IMG/VR virus record: IMGVR_UViG_3300025652_000049
Coordinates: 1 to 64,000 of that record
Reading direction: 5' to 3' (one strand)
From: a virus
Length of the DNA stretch: 64,000 nucleotides
Shown here: positions 60,393-64,000 of the stretch, piece by piece
Numbering within the stretch: the stretch's first letter is position 1
How the letters are laid out: each line of letters opens with the position of its first letter
The notes under the pieces: model-generated
Database searches by the model: none
What the model was told of the DNA's origin: nothing
Seen by the model: the letters and a program-made list of their open reading frames with translations, nothing else
Position numbers and translations under genes: made by a program

Positions 60393-60731
60393 ATGGCAAT
60401 AGAAATTAAAGTAGACGAGAAACGTGAAAGAATAATTTTCGGAATTGAACACATCTCTGACGAAATGATTGACTTCATTGATAAGCTAGTAAGTATGCCT
60501 AGCTTTCCAAACAAGAATGACCTACGAGTACTTGCCGGTATTGAAGATAAAGACTGGCGCGTAGACACTGCAACTCCAATCGATTACTACCGAAGAATTG
60601 AAGAGCTATACCCTAACTTTAATAAGGGTAATATGGTTTATGATTATAGCGAGCCTAATACATATGGGGCAATGCTTAACGTAAACGATTTGCTTGCTCA
60701 TGCAATTATTAAACTTTGTAAAACAAACTAG
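60393..60731 (+). CDS. Hypothetical protein
   Basis: 112-aa ORF. Confidence 0.6.
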   Translation: MAIEIKVDEKRERIIFGIEHISDEMIDFIDKLVSMPSFPNKNDLRVLAGIEDKDWRVDTATPIDYYRRIEELYPNFNKGNMVYDYSEPNTYGAMLNVNDLLAHAIIKLCKTN

Positions 60732-60732
60732 C

Positions 60733-60957
60733 ATGCACTACACAACGGTACATATCGATGTAGCTGCTCAAAAAGCAGAGCAGTGGAGAAAAGAAGCACA
60801 AGCTGAGGTAGACGAGCAAAAAGAAATGCTTAGTCTAGCTATTGCAGAGATCTGGGAACTATTAAGCCTAGAGTCATTTAGAGGTTACAGTGATATCGAA
60901 GATATAGCTAGTAGCTACGGAGTTTCAGAAGAAGATTTAATCTTCGGTTTAATTTAA
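60733..60957 (+). CDS. Hypothetical acidic protein
   Basis: Likely start MHYTT. Confidence 0.55.
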   Translation: MHYTTVHIDVAAQKAEQWRKEAQAEVDEQKEMLSLAIAEIWELLSLESFRGYSDIEDIASSYGVSEEDLIFGLI

Positions 60958-60967
60958 AATTATAACT

Positions 60968-61465
60968 ATGTTCTACGAAGGAAGAGTAAATCAAATATGG
61001 AATATTGATGGAGATGAAATATTATCAGTATTAGGACAAGGACAAGAAGTAGAATTGAAGCATGTTAAAAAGAAAGATGGAACTCCATATCAGGCTGGTC
61101 TATATGCTGAGATTTTATATGTGTTCGAACATAACGGCAAAAAATATGCTTTTGCAAACGATGCTAGTAGCTGTAATGGAATTGTAGAACTTGCTATACT
61201 AGATTTTGATAAAATGATTCAAATCGAAAGCCTAACAATTGGTTGGGTTAAAGGAGATAAGCTAAATTCTATATTAAGCTGTTGCGATAATCCTATGCTT
61301 TCTAGAAAAGTTGATATTACATTCGACGAATCAGGGAAAGTAACCAGACAACCCGAAACATACTTTGAGTGTGGTTGTTGTGGTGAAGGATTTAAGAGTA
61401 CTGCTAAACTACAAGCAATACACGATCAAGACATGGGTTATGGAATCTGCGAAGATTGTGAATGA
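60968..61465 (+). CDS. Hypothetical protein with C-terminal zinc ribbon
   Basis: CGCCG...GICEDC. Confidence 0.65.
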   Translation: MFYEGRVNQIWNIDGDEILSVLGQGQEVELKHVKKKDGTPYQAGLYAEILYVFEHNGKKYAFANDASSCNGIVELAILDFDKMIQIESLTIGWVKGDKLNSILSCCDNPMLSRKVDITFDESGKVTRQPETYFECGCCGEGFKSTAKLQAIHDQDMGYGICEDCE

Positions 61466-61682
61466 AACTCCTAAACGATGTTTCCTTGTTGATGGCAAGA
61501 GAGTAAGTATCATAACTTCCACCTCACATACATACAATGTGAGGTTTGTGAAGTCTGGTATATTCATGGATGTAAAGAAGTGCTACGTAAAGACGTGGTA
61601 CCCTAAACCCAAGAAGGTAATACCAAAGAAACCAATTATTAAAACCGAGATTAAAAACTCACAAACTGAATTAAAATTTTAA
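61458..61682 (+). CDS. Small basic hypothetical protein
   Basis: Likely GTG start overlapping the upstream stop. Confidence 0.45.
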   Translation: MNETPKRCFLVDGKRVSIITSTSHTYNVRFVKSGIFMDVKKCYVKTWYPKPKKVIPKKPIIKTEIKNSQTELKF

Positions 61683-61693
61683 TACAATTTATT

Positions 61694-63418
61694 ATGGAAA
61701 AATCTGAATATTTAAAAATGTTACGATGGCCGGAGGCTGAATGGGATTTACTAACTGCTGAAGAAGCTGTACCATTTGTGACCCTTGATGGTCATACTAA
61801 CAACATGTATGCTGTTGGTGACCCACAAGGAAAAAAGGCATTCGGTTCTGGTGCATTCGTTGTTAAAAAAGAATGGATTGCAAAGAACCTTACTCCTGTT
61901 ACTAATACAGAAGTAGTTGTTCCACCACCTCCTGTTGAGGAAGTTATTGTTCCTGCATTGTCAGAGTTCTTGAAAGCTCGTATTGCCAACCTCATCAAAA
62001 TAGGATGGGAACAAATGGATAATTCCGATATGCTTGTCAATACACCTGTAGATGGTGAACTGCTTACATATACGCAGATTGATGATATGGACAATCCAAC
62101 TTGGTTTTCTAGGATTACACCTAAGCCTAATCCAGTAGCGGAAGTTGTTGAGGTTATTAAAGAGGTTGTAAAAAAAGTAGAGGAAGCACCAGTAGAAATA
62201 ACTATTGATGCTCCTACAATGTCTAGAGTAAAAAGACTATTGGCTTTGGATCCTTCTTACAGACTTACAGACGACCAAGAAGAAGTTGTTTTTGGTGTCA
62301 ACAAATCCGTAAAAGTTTCAGTCGTTAAGGTTATGCCTGATTCAGTATTTGAGAACTTGCTTCAAAAATATCTTCCAACAACTGTTGAGACTGGTAATTC
62401 TATTGCTGAGAGAATAAAAGACTCAGCTGCGAAAGTAGAAGCCAAAGAAAAGATTGCTAAAATTGCTAAGGCTTCTGGTATTCCTGATTCCAATATTGTG
62501 ATAGCATCTCCTAAGCCATTGCCTTCAATTGATGCTGTTGATGAACCATACGTAAAAGCAACTCGTAAAAACGTGTTTGAATATCGCAAAGGTGTTTTAG
62601 TAGAATGGGGCTATACGCATGTGCCTGAGAAAAATCACATTAGCTTTGGTGGAGTAGCAATTGATGATAAAGAGCTTTCCGAACTATTAGTTCCAGATTG
62701 GGAAATATTACTGAATCGATGGAGACCTAAAGCAGAACCAGTACCGGCTAGTATTCCAGTTGTAGATGCAGAGGAAGTTGAGCCAATTCCTAGCGAAATT
62801 ATTGAAGAGCAAGCTGCCGATATAACAGAGTTTGAGAATAGAGCTCATGCTGCCAATGCTAAAGCTGAAATTGAGAACGAAGAAAAAGCCTTGGAAGCCC
62901 TTCGTGAAAATCGTATTGAGGAACTTGCACGTCATGGATTTGTGTATCATGAAGAAAATGATTTATTCGAACATGAAGCTGACCAAGATTTCAAACCTAA
63001 TTGTATAGAAGTTGAAGGTGAGGCTGCTTGGGAAAAAGTTGTTGTTGATGCTAAACAAATTAATGATGCTCATAATCTTGCTTTAGAGGAAGAGAAGTAT
63101 CGTGAACTTGAGAAAGATAATCTTCTTGATGAAAAAGTAATCGATGGTACTGATCTGCTTGAAAAGAAAGAAGCTTCTGTTTCTGATGGAGTTACAACTT
63201 CTGTTATTGTTGAAGGACATATAGATGAATTAATTAGTCCTCTTCCAAATAAGGAAAGAATGCTTGAGCAATTCGAAGTTCTTGACCAGGTAATGAATGC
63301 GGCGAAAACTTTCAAAGAAGTTTACTATGCAGTTCATTTAATTAAGCTGACTCTTGAAACAGATGAAATTCCATCTAAAAAGATAGCAGCTATCAAACGA
63401 GCAGTTAGAAAACTGTAG
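61694..63418 (+). CDS. Large acidic hypothetical protein with internal domain repeats
   Basis: 574 aa; four R...L...G[WYF]-like units separated by Pro/Glu/Val linkers. Confidence 0.7.
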   Translation: MEKSEYLKMLRWPEAEWDLLTAEEAVPFVTLDGHTNNMYAVGDPQGKKAFGSGAFVVKKEWIAKNLTPVTNTEVVVPPPPVEEVIVPALSEFLKARIANLIKIGWEQMDNSDMLVNTPVDGELLTYTQIDDMDNPTWFSRITPKPNPVAEVVEVIKEVVKKVEEAPVEITIDAPTMSRVKRLLALDPSYRLTDDQEEVVFGVNKSVKVSVVKVMPDSVFENLLQKYLPTTVETGNSIAERIKDSAAKVEAKEKIAKIAKASGIPDSNIVIASPKPLPSIDAVDEPYVKATRKNVFEYRKGVLVEWGYTHVPEKNHISFGGVAIDDKELSELLVPDWEILLNRWRPKAEPVPASIPVVDAEEVEPIPSEIIEEQAADITEFENRAHAANAKAEIENEEKALEALRENRIEELARHGFVYHEENDLFEHEADQDFKPNCIEVEGEAAWEKVVVDAKQINDAHNLALEEEKYRELEKDNLLDEKVIDGTDLLEKKEASVSDGVTTSVIVEGHIDELISPLPNKERMLEQFEVLDQVMNAAKTFKEVYYAVHLIKLTLETDEIPSKKIAAIKRAVRKL

Positions 63419-63427
63419 TTATTAACT

Positions 63428-63449
63428 AGCGGGGGTTTCGGCTCCCGCT
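63428..63449 (+). terminator. Hairpin (terminator or processing stem)
   Basis: AGCGGGGGT-TTCG-GCTCCCGCT; weak U tract. Confidence 0.5.
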
Positions 63450-63462
63450 TAATACATTTATT

Positions 63463-64000
63463 ATGGCAAAAGGAAACAAAGGAACTCAGAACTTCCAAGA
63501 TGAAGTTGAGTCACATTTAGAAGAACGAGCTTTTAAAGAACCATTGTTCGCAAAAGCTTATGCTAACAAAGATAAGAGCATTGACAAATGCATTGCTTAT
63601 ATGCTAAATGAAATCAAAGCAAGCGGTAAGCAAGGTTGGACAGATAACGAAGTATTTAGCTTGGCTATACATTATTATAGCGAGCCCAATCTTAAGTCTG
63701 GCTCTAAACCAACAGGAACAATTATAATCAATCATCACGTAGAGCTTACTGATGCTGAAATAGCTAAGGCTAAGTCTGATGCTAAGATTCACATTACTAA
63801 GACTGAGGAAAGCAGTCTTAAAAAAATAGCTATGGATAAAAAAGCTGAGGAGATAAAAAATAATTTAACTCCAGATGATATTGCTCTAGCTAAAAAGAAA
63901 GCTCTTAAAGAAGTTGTTGAAGAAACTAAAACAGCTATGACAACTAAGACCAGTAAGAAACCTATCCAATCGCTTGCTGAAAATGCAGCTATGGATTTAT
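63463..64000 (+). CDS. PcfK-like (AcrIIA9-related) protein, 3' end beyond window (not in ORF track)
   Basis: MAKGNKGTQNFQDEVESHLEERAFKEPLFAKAYANKDKSIDKCIAYMLNEIKASGKQGWTDNEVFSLAIHYYSE... Confidence 0.75.
   Translation, partial: MAKGNKGTQNFQDEVESHLEERAFKEPLFAKAYANKDKSIDKCIAYMLNEIKASGKQGWTDNEVFSLAIHYYSEPNLKSGSKPTGTIIINHHVELTDAEIAKAKSDAKIHITKTEESSLKKIAMDKKAEEIKNNLTPDDIALAKKKALKEVVEETKTAMTTKTSKKPIQSLAENAAMDL

Noticed and set aside
49560-63465. Recurrent ACATTTATTATG as a special regulatory motif
   Set aside because: It always abuts a start codon and fits ordinary Shine-Dalgarno-less Bacteroidota translation initiation regions
1-64000. Stop-codon reassignment (TAG or TGA), as in some crAss-like phages
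   Set aside because: Core genes are full length in code 11, and TAG and TGA are used as real stops (for example MCP ends in TAG, GroEL in TGA)

Overview
This window is about 64 kb of an AT-rich dsDNA phage genome of the crAss-like type (Crassvirales, Cellulophaga phi14:2-like), probably infecting a Bacteroidota/Flavobacteriaceae host. The host inference rests on TAnnTTTG promoters and signal peptides followed by Gln. The standard genetic code gives full-length ORFs. Positions 1-47.5 kb are a minus-strand late/virion block in the canonical crAss order: GroES, GroEL, KTSC, putative TerS, TerL, portal, scaffold (gene 77), major capsid protein, genes 75/74/73, IHF-like, tubular tail, tail fibres, lysis cassette, tail stabiliser/muzzle, ejection proteins. 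The block ends in a >3100-aa virion RNA polymerase polyprotein (DNDGD catalytic motif plus a zincin HEMSH motif) that runs off the left edge and is absent from the ORF track. At about 47.6 kb the coding strand switches to a plus-strand early/accessory region of small genes. These include membrane peptides, an RNAP alpha-CTD-like miniprotein, an OMP-like protein, an SF2 helicase-N6-MTase fusion and a PcfK/AcrIIA9-like protein. The most notable signal is non-coding. The early-region spacers carry a repeated AAAACTCATAAAA(GAG) motif, a type III hammerhead ribozyme, a tRNA-like mini-element, a pseudoknot and a repeated 20-nt hairpin, which together suggest a dedicated RNA-level expression and processing system for the first-expressed genes. 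All assignments come from motif reading and gene order; no database searches were run.
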